Part shown: piece by piece, positions 26,401 through 39,100 of the stretch
How positions within the stretch are numbered: the first letter of the stretch is position 1
Layout of the letters: each line of letters begins with the position of its first letter
From: Auanema rhodensis
Taxonomy: Eukaryota; Animalia; Nematoda
Assembly (NCBI GenBank): GCA_964057225.1
Contig: OZ059894.1
Span: forward strand, 5,208,001 to 5,272,000
DNA length: 64,000 nucleotides
Reading direction: 5' to 3'
Position numbers and translations under genes: made by a program
Notes under the pieces: model-generated
The model's database searches: none
What the model saw: only the letters and a program-made list of their open reading frames with translations
What the model was told of the DNA's origin: nothing

Positions 26401-27299
26401 TTGCCAAAATTAGATTCCTCATGTCCATATTAGTCTAAAAACAAATTTTTGTTGATATTGGTGGATGGTAACCATGACTTTCAAATTTACGTGTACTTCA
26501 ATTTATGCTAATTAAGTGTACACGTGATGTGCACTTGGTATGTAACTCGCTTCACGTCAAAGATAAAGAGATGCGGTTTTCAAAATAAGATTCCCGATGT
26601 CCATATTAGTCTAAAAACAAATTTTTATTGATATTGGTGCATGGTAACCATGACTTTGAAATTTACGTGAACTTTAATTTATGCTAATTAAGTGTACACG
26701 TGATGTGCACTTGGTATGTAACTCGCTTCACGTGAAAGATGAAGAGATGCGGTTTTCAAAATTAGATTCCCCATGTCCATATTAGTCTAAAAACAAATTT
26801 TTGTTGATATTGGTGAATGGTAACCATGACTTTCAAATTTACGTGAACTTCAATTTATGCTAATTAAGTGTACACGTGATGTGCACTTGGTATGTAACTC
26901 GCTTCACGTCAAAGATAAAGAGATGCGGTTTTCAAAATTAGATTCCCGATGTCCATATTAGTCTAAAAACAAATTTTTATTGATATTGGTGCATGGTAAC
27001 CATGACTTTAAAATTTACGTGAACTTTAATTTATGCTGATTAAGTGAACACATGATGTGCACTTGGTATGTAACTCGCTTCACGTGAAAGATGAAGAGAT
27101 GCGGTTTTCAAAATTAGATTCCCCATGTCCATATTAGTCTAAAAACAAATTTTTGTTGATATTGGTGAATGGTAACCATGACTTTCAAATTTACGTGAAC
27201 TTCAATTTATGCTAATTAAGTGTACACGTGATGTGCACTTGGTATGTAACTCGCTTCACGTCAAAGATAAAGAGATGCGGTTTTCAAAATTAGATTCCC
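23455..27299 (+). repeat. Tandem duplication of an 11-monomer (1936 bp) unit
   Basis: Markers AAAGATTAAG (24277/26213) and AAAATAAGATT (24651/26587) are both 1936 bp apart and were not seen elsewhere. Confidence 0.9.
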
Positions 27300-30200
27300 G
27301 ATGTCCATATTAGTCTAAAAACAAATTTTTATTGATATTGGTGCATGGTAACCATGACTTTAAAATTTACGTGAACTTTAATTTATGCTAATTAAGTGAA
27401 CACATGATGTGCACTTGGTATGTAACTCGCTTCACGTGAAAGATAAAGAGATGCGGTTTTCAAAATTAGATTCCTCATGTCCATATTAGTCTAAAAACGA
27501 ATTTTTATTGATATTGATGCATGGTAACCATGAATTTGAAATTTACGTGAACTTTAATTTATGCTAATTAAGTGAACACATGATGTGCACTTGGTATGTA
27601 ACTCGCTTCACGTGAAAGATGAAGAGATGCGGTTTTCAAAATTAGATTTCGCATGTCCATATTAGTCTACAAACAAATTTTTATTGATATTGGTGCATGG
27701 TAACCATGACTTTAAAATTTACGTGAACTTTAATTTATGCTAATTAAGTGAACACATGATGTGCACTTGGTATGTAACTCGCTTCACGTGAAAGATGAAG
27801 AGATGCGGTTTCCAAAATTAGATTCCTCATGTCCATATTAGTCTAAAAACAAATTTTTGTTGATATTGGTGGATGGTAACCATGACTTTCAAATTTACGT
27901 GAACTTCAATTTATGCTAATTAAGTGTACACGTGATGTGCACTTGGTATGTAACTCGCTTCAAGTCAAAGATAAAGGGATGCGGTTTTGAAAATTAGATT
28001 CCTCATGTCCATATTAGTCTAAAAACAAATTTTTATTAATATTGGTGCATGGTAACCATGACTTTAAAATTTACGTGAACTTTAATTTATGCTAATTAAG
28101 TGAACACATGATGTGCACTTGGTATGTAACTCGCTTCACGTGAAAGATAAAGAGATGCGGTTTTCAAAATTAGATTCCTCATGTCCATATTAGTCTAAAA
28201 ACGAATTTTTATTGATATTGATGCATGGTAACCATGAATTTGAAATTTACGTGAACTTTAATTTATGCTAATTAAGTGTACACATGATGTGCACTTGGTA
28301 TGTAACACGCTTCAAGTGAAAGATAAAGAGATGCGGTTTCCAAAATTAGATTCCCGATGTCCATATTAGTCTAAAAACAAATTTTTATTAATATTGGTGC
28401 ATGGTAACCATGACTTTAAAATTTACGTGAACTTTAATTTATGCTAATTAAGTGTACACATGATGTGCACTCGGTATGTAACTCGCTTCACGTGAAAGAT
28501 AAAGAGATGCGGTTTTCAAAATTAGATTCCCCATGTCCATATTAGTCTAAAAACAAATTTTTGTTGATATTGGTGCATGGTAACCATGACTTTGAAATTT
28601 ACGTGAACTTTAATTTATGCTAATTAAGTGTACACATAATGTGCACTTGGTATGTAACTCGCTTCAAGTGAAAGATAAAGAGATGCGGTTTTCAAAATTA
28701 GATTTCGCATGTCCATATTAGTCTAAAAACAAATTTTTATTGATATTGGTGCATGGTAACCATGACTTTAAAATTTACGTGAACTTTAATTTATGCTAAT
28801 TAAGTGAACACATGATGTGCACTTGGTATGTAACTGGCTTCACGTCGAAGATAAAGAGATGCGGTTTTCAAAATTAGATTCCCCATGTCCATATTAGTCT
28901 AAAAACAAATTTTTATTGATATTGGTGCATGGTAACCATGACTTTCAAATTTACGTGAACTTTAATTTATGCTAATTAAGTGAACACATGATGTGCACTT
29001 GGTATGTAACTCGCTTCACGTGAAAGATAAAGAGATGCGGTTTTCAAAATTAGATTCCTCATGTCCATATTAGTCTAAAAACGAATTTTTATTGATATTG
29101 ATGCATGGTAACCATGACTTTGAAATTTACGTGAACTTTAATTTATGCTTATTAAGTGTACACGTGATGTGCACTTGGTATGTAACTCGCTTCACGTGAA
29201 AGATAAAGGGATGCGGTTTTCAAAATTAGATTCCTCATGTCCATTTTAGTCTAAAAACAAATTTTTGTTGATATTGGTGGATGGTAACCATGACTTTCAA
29301 ATTTACGTGTACTTCAATTTATGCTAATTAAGTGTACACGTGATGTGCACTTGGTATGTAACTCGCTTCAAGTCAAAGATAAAGAGATGCGGTTTTCAAA
29401 ATTAGATTTCGCATGTCCATATTAGTCTAAAAACAAATTTTTATTGATATTGATGCATGGTAACCATGACTTTCAAATTTACGTGTACTTCAATTTATGC
29501 TAATTAAGTGTACACGTGATGTGCACTTGGTATGTAACTCGCTTCACGTCAAAGATAAAGAGATGCGGTTTTCAAAATTAGATTCCCGATGTCCATATTA
29601 GTCTAAAAACAAATTTTTGTTGATATTGGTGGATGGTAACCATGACTTTCAAATTTACGTGAACTTCAATTTATGCTATTTAAGTGTACACGTGATGTGC
29701 ACTTGGTACGTAATTCGCTTCAAGTCAAAGATAAAGAGATGCGGTTTTCAAAATTAGATTTCGCATGTCCATATTAGTCTAAAAACAAATTTTTATTGAT
29801 ATTGGTGCATGGTAACCATGACTTTAAAATTTACGTGAACTTTAATTTATGCTGATTAAGTGAACACATGATGTGCACTTGGTATGTAACTCGCTTCACG
29901 TGAAAGATAAAGAGATGCGGTTTTCAAAATTAGATTCCTCATGTCCATATTAGTCTAAAAACGAATTTTTATTGATATTGATGCATGGTAACCATGACTT
30001 TCAAATTTACGTGAACTTTAATTTATGCTTATTAAGTGTACACGTGATGTGCACTTGGTATGTAACTCGCTTCACGTGAAAGATAAAGGGATGCGGTTGC
30101 CAAAATTAGATTCCTCATGTCCATATTAGTCTAAAAACAAATTTTTGTTGATATTGGTGGATGGTAACCATGACTTTCAAATTTACGTGTACTTCAATTT

Positions 30201-30734
30201 ATGCTAATTAAGTGTACACGTGATGTGCACTTGGTATGTAACTCGCTTCACGTCAAAGATAAAGAGATGCGGTTTTCAAAATTAGATTCCCGATGTCCAT
30301 ATTAGTCTAAAAACAAATTTTTATTGATATTGGTGCATGGTAACCATGACTTTGAAATTTACGTGAACTTTAATTTATGCTAATTAAGTGTACACGTGAT
30401 GTGCACTTGGTATGTAACTCGCTTCACGTGAAAGATGAAGAGATGCGGTTTTCAAAATTAGATTCCCCATGTCCATATTAGTCTAAAAACAAATTTTTGT
30501 TGATATTGGTGAATGGTAACCATGACTTTCAAATTTACGTGAACTTCAATTTATGCTAATTAAGTGTACACGTGATGTGCACTTGGTATGTAACTCGCTT
30601 CACGTCAAAGATAAAGAGATGCGGTTTTCAAAATTAGATTCACGATGTCCATATTAGTCTAAAAACAAATTTTTGTTGATATTGGTGGATGGTAACCATG
30701 ACTTTCAAATTTACGTGAACTTCAATTTATGCTA

Positions 30735-30909
30735 ATTAAGTGTACACGTGATGTGCACTTGGTACGTAATTCGCTTCAAGTCAAAGATAAAGAGATGCGG
30801 TTTTCAAAATTAGATTTCGCATGTCCATATTAGTCTAAAAACAAATTTTTATTGATATTGGTGCATGGTAACCATGACTTTAAAATTTAGTGAACTTTAA
30901 TTTATGCTG
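30735..30909 (+). repeat. 175-bp monomer (1-bp deletion of the C in TTTACGTG)
   Basis: AAAATTTAGTGAAC at ~30889/30890; the phase of all downstream monomers shifts by 1. Confidence 0.95.
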
Positions 30910-31589
30910 ATTAAGTGAACACATGATGTGCACTTGGTATGTAACTCGCTTCACGTGAAAGATGAAGAGATGCGGTTTTCAAAATTAGATTCCCCATGTC
31001 CATATTAGTCTAAAAACAAATTTTTGTTGATATTGGTGAATGGTAACCATGACTTTCAAATTTACGTGAACTTCAATTTATGCTAATTAAGTGTACACGT
31101 GATGTGCACTTGGTATGTAACTCGCTTCACGTCAAAGATAAAGAGATGCGGTTTTCAAAATTAGATTCCTCATGTCCATATTAGTCTAAAAACGAATTTT
31201 TATTGATATTGATGCATGGTAACCATGACTTTGAAATTTACGTGAACTTTAATTTATGCTTATTAAGTGTACACGTGATGTGCACTTGGTATGTAACTCG
31301 CTTCACGTGAAAGATAAAGGGATGCGGTTTTTAAAATTAGATTCCTCATGTCCATATTAGTCTAAAAACAAATTTTTGTTGATATTGGTGGATGGTAACC
31401 ATGACTTTCAAATTTACGTGTACTTCAATTTATGCTAATTAAGTGTACACGTGATGTGCACTTGGTATGTAACTCGCTTCACGTCAAAGATAAAGAGATG
31501 CGGTTTTCAAAATTAGATTCCCGATGTCCATATTAGTCTAAAAACAAATTTTTGTTGATATTGGTGGATGGTAACCATGACTTTCAAAT

Positions 31590-34500
31590 TTACGTGAACT
31601 TTAATTTATGCTAATTAAGTGTACACGTGATGTGCACTTGGTATGTAACTCGCTTCAAGTGAAAGATAAAGAGATGCGGTTTTCAAAATTAGATTTCGCA
31701 TGTCCATATTAGTCTAAAAACAAATTTTTATTGATATTGGTGCATGGTAACCATGACTTTAAAATTTACGTGAACTTTAATTTATGCTGATTAAGTGAAC
31801 ACATGATTTGCACTTGGTATGTAACTCGCTTCACGTGAAAGATAAAGAGATGCGGTTTTCAAAATTAGATTCCTCATGTCCATTTTAGTCTAAAAACAAA
31901 TTTTTGTTGATATTGGTGGATGGTAACCATGACTTTCAAATTTACGTGTACTTCAATTTATGCTAATTAAGTGTACACGTGATGTGCACTTGGTATGTAA
32001 CTCGCTTCAAGTCAAAGATAAAGAGATGCGGTTTTCAAAATTAGATTTCGCATGTCCATATTAGTCTAAAAACAAATTTTTATTGATATTGATGCATGGT
32101 AACCATGACTTTCAAATTTACGTGTACTTCAATTTATGCTAATTAAGTGTACACGTGATGTGCACTTGGTATGTAACTCGCTTCACGTCAAAGATAAAGA
32201 GATGCGGTTTTCAAAATTAGATTCCCGATGTCCATATTAGTCTAAAAACAAATTTTTGTTGATATTGGTGGATGGTAACCATGACTTTCAAATTTACGTG
32301 AACTTCAATTTATGCTATTTAAGTGTACACGTGATGTGCACTTGGTACGTAATTCGCTTCAAGTCAAAGATAAAGAGATGCGGTTTTCAAAATTAGATTT
32401 CGCATGTCCATATTAGTCTAAAAACAAATTTTTATTGATATTGGTGCATGGTAACCATGACTTTAAAATTTACGTGAACTTTAATTTATGCTGATTAAGT
32501 GAACACATGATGTGCACTTGGTATGTAACTCGCTTCACGTGAAAGATAAAGAGATGCGGTTTTCAAAATTAGATTTCTCATGTCCATATTAGTCTAAAAA
32601 CGAATTTTTATTGATATTGATGCATGGTAACCATGACTTTGAAATTTACGTGAACTTTAATTTATGCTTATTAAGTGTACACGTGATGTGCACTTGGTAT
32701 GTAACTCGCTTCACGTGAAAGATAAAAAGATGCGGTTGCCAAAATTAGATTCCTCATGTCCATATTAGTCTAAAAACAAATTTTTGTTGATATTGGTGGA
32801 TGGTAACCATGACTTTCAAATTTACGTGTACTTCAATTTATGCTAATTAAGTGTACACGTGATGTGCACTTGGTATGTAACTCGCTTCACGTCAAAGATA
32901 AAGAGATGCGGTTTTCAAAATTAGATTCCCGATGTCCATATTAGTCTAAAAACAAATTTTTATTGATATTGGTGCATGGTAACCATGACTTTGAAATTTA
33001 CGTGAACTTTAATTTATGCTAATTAAGTGTACACGTGATGTGCACTTGGTATGTAACTCGCTTCACGTCAAAGATAAAGAGATGCGGTTTTCAAAATTAG
33101 ATTCCCCATGTCCATATTAGTCTAAAAACAAATTTTTGTTGATATTGGTGAATGGTAACCATGACTTTCAAATTTACGTGAACTTCAATTTATGCTGATT
33201 AAGTGAACACATGATGTGCACTTGGTATGTAACTCGCTTCACGTGAAAGATAAAGAGATGCGGTTTTCAAAATTAGATTTCTCATGTCCATATTAGTCTA
33301 AAAACGAATTTTTATTGATATTGATGTATGGTAACCATGACTTTGAAATTTACGTGAACTTTAATTTATGCTTATTAAGTGTACACGTGATGTGCACTTG
33401 GTATGTAACTCGCTTCACGTGAAAGATAAAGGGATGCGGTTGCCAAAATTAGATTCCTCATGTCCATATTAGTCTAAAAACAAATTTTTGTTGATATTGG
33501 TGGATGGTAACCATGACTTTCAAATTTACGTGTACTTCAATTTATGCTAATTAAGTGTACACGTGATGTGCACTTGGTATGTAACTCGCTTCACGTCAAA
33601 GATAAAGAGATGCGGTTTTCAAAATTAGATTCCCGATGTCCATATTAGTCTAAAAACAAATTTTTGTTGATATTGGTGGATGGTAACCATGACTTTCAAA
33701 TTTACGTGAACTTCAATTTATGCTAATTAAGTGTACACGTGATGTGCACTTGGTACGTAATTCGCTTCAAGTCAAAGATAAAGAGATGCGGTTTCCAAAA
33801 TTAGATTTCCCATGTCCATATTAGTCTAAAAACAAATTTTTATTAATATTGGTGCATGGTAACCATGACTTTAAAATTTACGTGAACTTTAATTTATGCT
33901 AATTAAGTGTACACGTGATGTGCACTTGGTATGTAACTCGCTTCAAGTGAAAGATAAAGAGATGCGGTTTTCAAAATTAGATTTCGCATGTCCATATTAG
34001 TCTAAAAACAAATTTTTATTGATATTGGTGCATGGTAACCATGACTTTAAAATTTACGTGAACTTTAATTTATGCTGATTAAGTGAACACATGATTTGCA
34101 CTTGGTATGTAACTCGCTTCACGTGAAAGATAAAGAGATGCGGTTTTCAAAATTAGATTCCTCATGTCCATTTTAGTCTAAAAACAAATTTTTGTTGATA
34201 TTGGTGGATGGTAACCATGACTTTCAAATTTACGTGTACTTCAATTTATGCTAATTAAGTGTACACGTGATGTGCACTTGGTATGTAACTCGCTTCAAGT
34301 CAAAGATAAAGAGATGCGGTTTTCAAAATTAGATTTCGCATGTCCATATTAGTCTAAAAACAAATTTTTATTGATATTGATGCATGGTAACCATGACTTT
34401 CAAATTTACGTGTACTTCAATTTATGCTAATTAAGTGTACACGTGATGTGCACTTGGTATGTAACTCGCTTCACGTCAAAGATAAAGAGATGCGGTTTTC

Positions 34501-35953
34501 AAAATTAGATTCCCGATGTCCATATTAGTCTAAAAACAAATTTTTGTTGATATTGGTGGATGGTAACCATGACTTTCAAATTTACGTGAACTTCAATTTA
34601 TGCTATTTAAGTGTACACGTGATGTGCACTTGGTACGTAATTCGCTTCAAGTCAAAGATAAAGAGATGCGGTTTTCAAAATTAGATTTCGCATGTCCATA
34701 TTAGTCTAAAAACAAATTTTTATTGATATTGGTGCATGGTAACCATGACTTTAAAATTTACGTGAACTTTAATTTATGCTGATTAAGTGAACACATGATG
34801 TGCACTTGGTATGTAACTCGCTTCACGTGAAAGATAAAGAGATGCGGTTTTCAAAATTAGATTTCTCATGTCCATATTAGTCTAAAAACGAATTTTTATT
34901 GATATTGATGCATGGTAACCATGACTTTGAAATTTACGTGAACTTTAATTTATGCTTATTAAGTGTACACGTGATGTGCACTTGGTATGTAACTCGCTTC
35001 ACGTGAAAGATAAAAAGATGCGGTTGCCAAAATTAGATTCCTCATGTCCATATTAGTCTAAAAACAAATTTTTGTTGATATTGGTGGATGGTAACCATGA
35101 CTTTCAAATTTACGTGTACTTCAATTTATGCTAATTAAGTGTACACGTGATGTGCACTTGGTATGTAACTCGCTTCACGTCAAAGATAAAGAGATGCGGT
35201 TTTCAAAATTAGATTCCCGATGTCCATATTAGTCTAAAAACAAATTTTTATTGATATTGGTGCATGGTAACCATGACTTTGAAATTTACGTGAACTTTAA
35301 TTTATGCTAATTAAGTGTACACGTGATGTGCACTTGGTATGTAACTCGCTTCACGTCAAAGATAAAGAGATGCGGTTTTCAAAATTAGATTCCCCATGTC
35401 CATATTAGTCTAAAAACAAATTTTTGTTGATATTGGTGAATGGTAACCATGACTTTCAAATTTACGTGAACTTCAATTTATGCTGATTAAGTGAACACAT
35501 GATGTGCACTTGGTATGTAACTCGCTTCACGTGAAAGATAAAGAGATGCGGTTTTCAAAATTAGATTTCTCATGTCCATATTAGTCTAAAAACGAATTTT
35601 TATTGATATTGATGTATGGTAACCATGACTTTGAAATTTACGTGAACTTTAATTTATGCTTATTAAGTGTACACGTGATGTGCACTTGGTATGTAACTCG
35701 CTTCACGTGAAAGATAAAGGGATGCGGTTGCCAAAATTAGATTCCTCATGTCCATATTAGTCTAAAAACAAATTTTTGTTGATATTGGTGGATGGTAACC
35801 ATGACTTTCAAATTTACGTGTACTTCAATTTATGCTAATTAAGTGTACACGTGATGTGCACTTGGTATGTAACTCGCTTCACATCAAAGATAAAGAGATG
35901 CGGTTTTCAAAATTAGATTCCCGATGTCCATATTAGTCTAAAAACAAATTTTT
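31590..35953 (+). repeat. Near-tandem duplication with 13-monomer (2288 bp) offset: ~31590-33665 vs ~33878-35953
   Basis: Markers GATAAAAAGATGCGGTTGCC (32727/35015) and GATGTATGG (33327/35615) are both 2288 bp apart. Confidence 0.9.
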
Positions 35954-36169
35954 ATTGATATTGGTGCATGGTAACCATGACTTTGAAATTTACGTGAACT
36001 TTAATTCATGCTAATTAAGTGTACACGTGATGTGCACTTGGTATGTAACTCGCTTCACGTGAAAGATGAAGAGATGCGGTTTTCAAAATTAGATTCCCCA
36101 TGTCCATATTAGTCTAAAAACAAATTCTTGTTGATATTGGTGAATGTTAACCATGACTTTCAAATTTAC

Positions 36170-39100
36170 GTGAACTTCAATTTATGCTAATTAAGTGTAC
36201 ACGTGATGTGCACTTGGTATGTAACTCGCTTCACGTCAAAGATAAAGAGATGCGGTTTTCAAAATTAGATTCCCGATGTCCATATTAGTCTAAAAACAAA
36301 TTTTTGTTGATATTGGTGGATGGTAACCATGACTTTCAAATTTACGTGAACTTCAATTTATGCTAATTAAGTGTACACGTGATGTGCACTTGGTACGTAA
36401 TTCGCTTCAAGTCAAAGATAAAGAGATGCGGTTTTCAAAATTAGATTTCGCATGTCCATATTAGTCTAAAAACAAATTTTTATTGATATTGGTGCATGGT
36501 AACCATGACTTTAAAATTTACGTGAACTTTAATTTATGCTGATTAAGTGAACACATGATGTGCACTTGGTATGTAACTCGCTTCACGTGAAAGATGAAGA
36601 GATGCGGTTTTCAAAATTAGATTCCCCATGTCCATATTAGTCTAAAAACAAATTTTTGTTGATATTGGTGAATGGTAACCATGACTTTCAAATTTACGTG
36701 AACTTCAATTTATGCTAATTAAGTGTACACGTGATGTGCACTTGGTATGTAACTCGCTTCACGTCAAAGATAAAGAGATGCGGTTTTCAAAATTAGATTC
36801 CCGATGTCCATATTAGTCTAAAAACAAATTTTTATTGATATTGGTGCATGGTAACCATGACTTTAAAATTTACGTGAACTTTAATTTATGCTAATTAAGT
36901 GAACACATGATGTGCACTTGGTATGTAACTCGCTTCACGTGAAAGATAAAGAGATGCGGTTTTCAAAATTAGATTCCTCATGTCCATATTAGTCTAAAAA
37001 CGAATTTTTATTGATATTGATGCATGGTAACCATGAATTTGAAATTTACGTGAACTTTAATTTATGCTAATTAAGTGTACACATGATGTGCACTTGGTAT
37101 GTAACTCGCTTCAAGTGAAAGATAAAGAGATGCGGTTTTCAAAATTAGATTTCGCATGTCCATATTAGTCTACAAACAAATTTTTATTGATATTGGTGCA
37201 TGGTAACCATGACTTTAAAATTTACGTGAACTTTAATTTATGCTAATTAAGTGAACACATGATGTGCACTTGGTATGTAACTCGCTTCACGTGAAAGATG
37301 AAGAGATGCGGTTTCCAAAATTAGATTCCTCATGTCCATATTAGTCTAAAAACAAATTTTTGTTGATATTGGTGGATGGTAACCATGACTTTCAAATTTA
37401 CGTGAACTTCAATTTATGCTAATTAAGTGTACACGTGATGTGCACTTGGTATGTAACTCGCTTCACGTGAAAGATAAAGAGATGCGGTTTTCAAAATTAG
37501 ATTCCCGATGTCCATATTAGTCTAAAAACAAATTTTTGTTGATATTGGTGGATGGTAACCATGACTTTCAAATTTACGTGAACTTCAATTTATGCTAATT
37601 AAGTGTACACGTGATGTGCACTTGGTACGTAATTCGCTTCAAGTCAAAGATAAAGAGATGCGGTTTCCAAAATTAGATTTCCCATGTCCATATTAGTCTA
37701 AAAACAAATTTTTATTAATATTGGTGCATGGTAACCATGACTTTAAAATTTACGTGAACTTTAATTTATGCTAATTAAGTGTACACGTGATGTGCACTTG
37801 GTATGTAACTCGCTTCAAGTGAAAGATAAAGAGATGCGGTTTTCAAAATTAGATTTCGCATGTCCATATTAGTCTAAAAACAAATTTTTATTGATATTGG
37901 TGCATGGTAACCATGACTTTAAAATTTACGTGAACTTTAATTTATGCTGATTAAGTGAACACATGATGTGCACTTGGTATGTAACTCGCTTCACGTGAAA
38001 GATAAAGGGATGCGGTTTCCAAAAATAGATTCCCGATGTCCATATTAGTCTAAAAACAAATTTTTATTGATATTGGTGGATGGTAACCATGACTTTCAAA
38101 TTTACGTGTACTTCAATTTATGCTGATTAAGTGTACACGTGATGTGCACTTGGTATGTAACTCGCTTCAAGTCAAAGATAAAGAGATGCGGTTTTCAAAA
38201 TTAGATTTCGCATGTCCATATTAGTCTAAAAACAAATTTTTATTGATATTGATGCATGGTAACCATGACTTTCAAATTTACGTGTACTTCAATTTATGCT
38301 AATTAAGTGTACACGTGATGTGCACTTGGTATGTAACTCGCTTCACGTCAAAGATAAAGAGATGCGGTTTTCAAAATTAGATTTCGCATGTCCATATTAG
38401 TCTACAAACAAATTTTTATTGATATTGGTGCATGGTAACCATGACTTTAAAATTTACGTGAACTTTAATTTATGCTAATTAAGTGAACACATGATTTGCA
38501 CTTGGTATGTAACTCGCTTCACGTGAAAGATAAAGGGATGCGGTTGCCAAAATTAGATTCCTCATGTCCATATTAGTCTAAAAACAAATTTTTGTTGATA
38601 TTGGTGGATGGTAACCATGACTTTCAAATTTACGTGAACTTCAATTTATGCTGATTAAGTGAACACATGATTTGCACTTGGTATGTAACTCGCTTCACGT
38701 GAAAGATAAAGGGATGCGGTTGCCAAAATTAGATTCCTCATGTCCATATTAGTCTAAAAACAAATTTTTGTTGATATTGGTGGATGGTAACCATGACTTT
38801 CAAATTTACGTGTACTTCAATTTATGCTAATTAAGTGTACACGTGATGTGCACTTGGTATGTAACTCGCTTCACGTCAAAGATAAAGAGATGCGGTTTTC
38901 AAAATTAGATTCCCGATGTCCATATTAGTCTAAAAACAAATTTTTATTGATATTGGTGCATGGTAACCATGACTTTGAAATTTACGTGAACTTTAATTTA
39001 TGCTAATTAAGTGTACACGTGATGTGCACTTGGTATGTAACTCGCTTCACGTGAAAGATGAAGAGATGCGGTTTTCAAAATTAGATTCCCCATGTCCATA

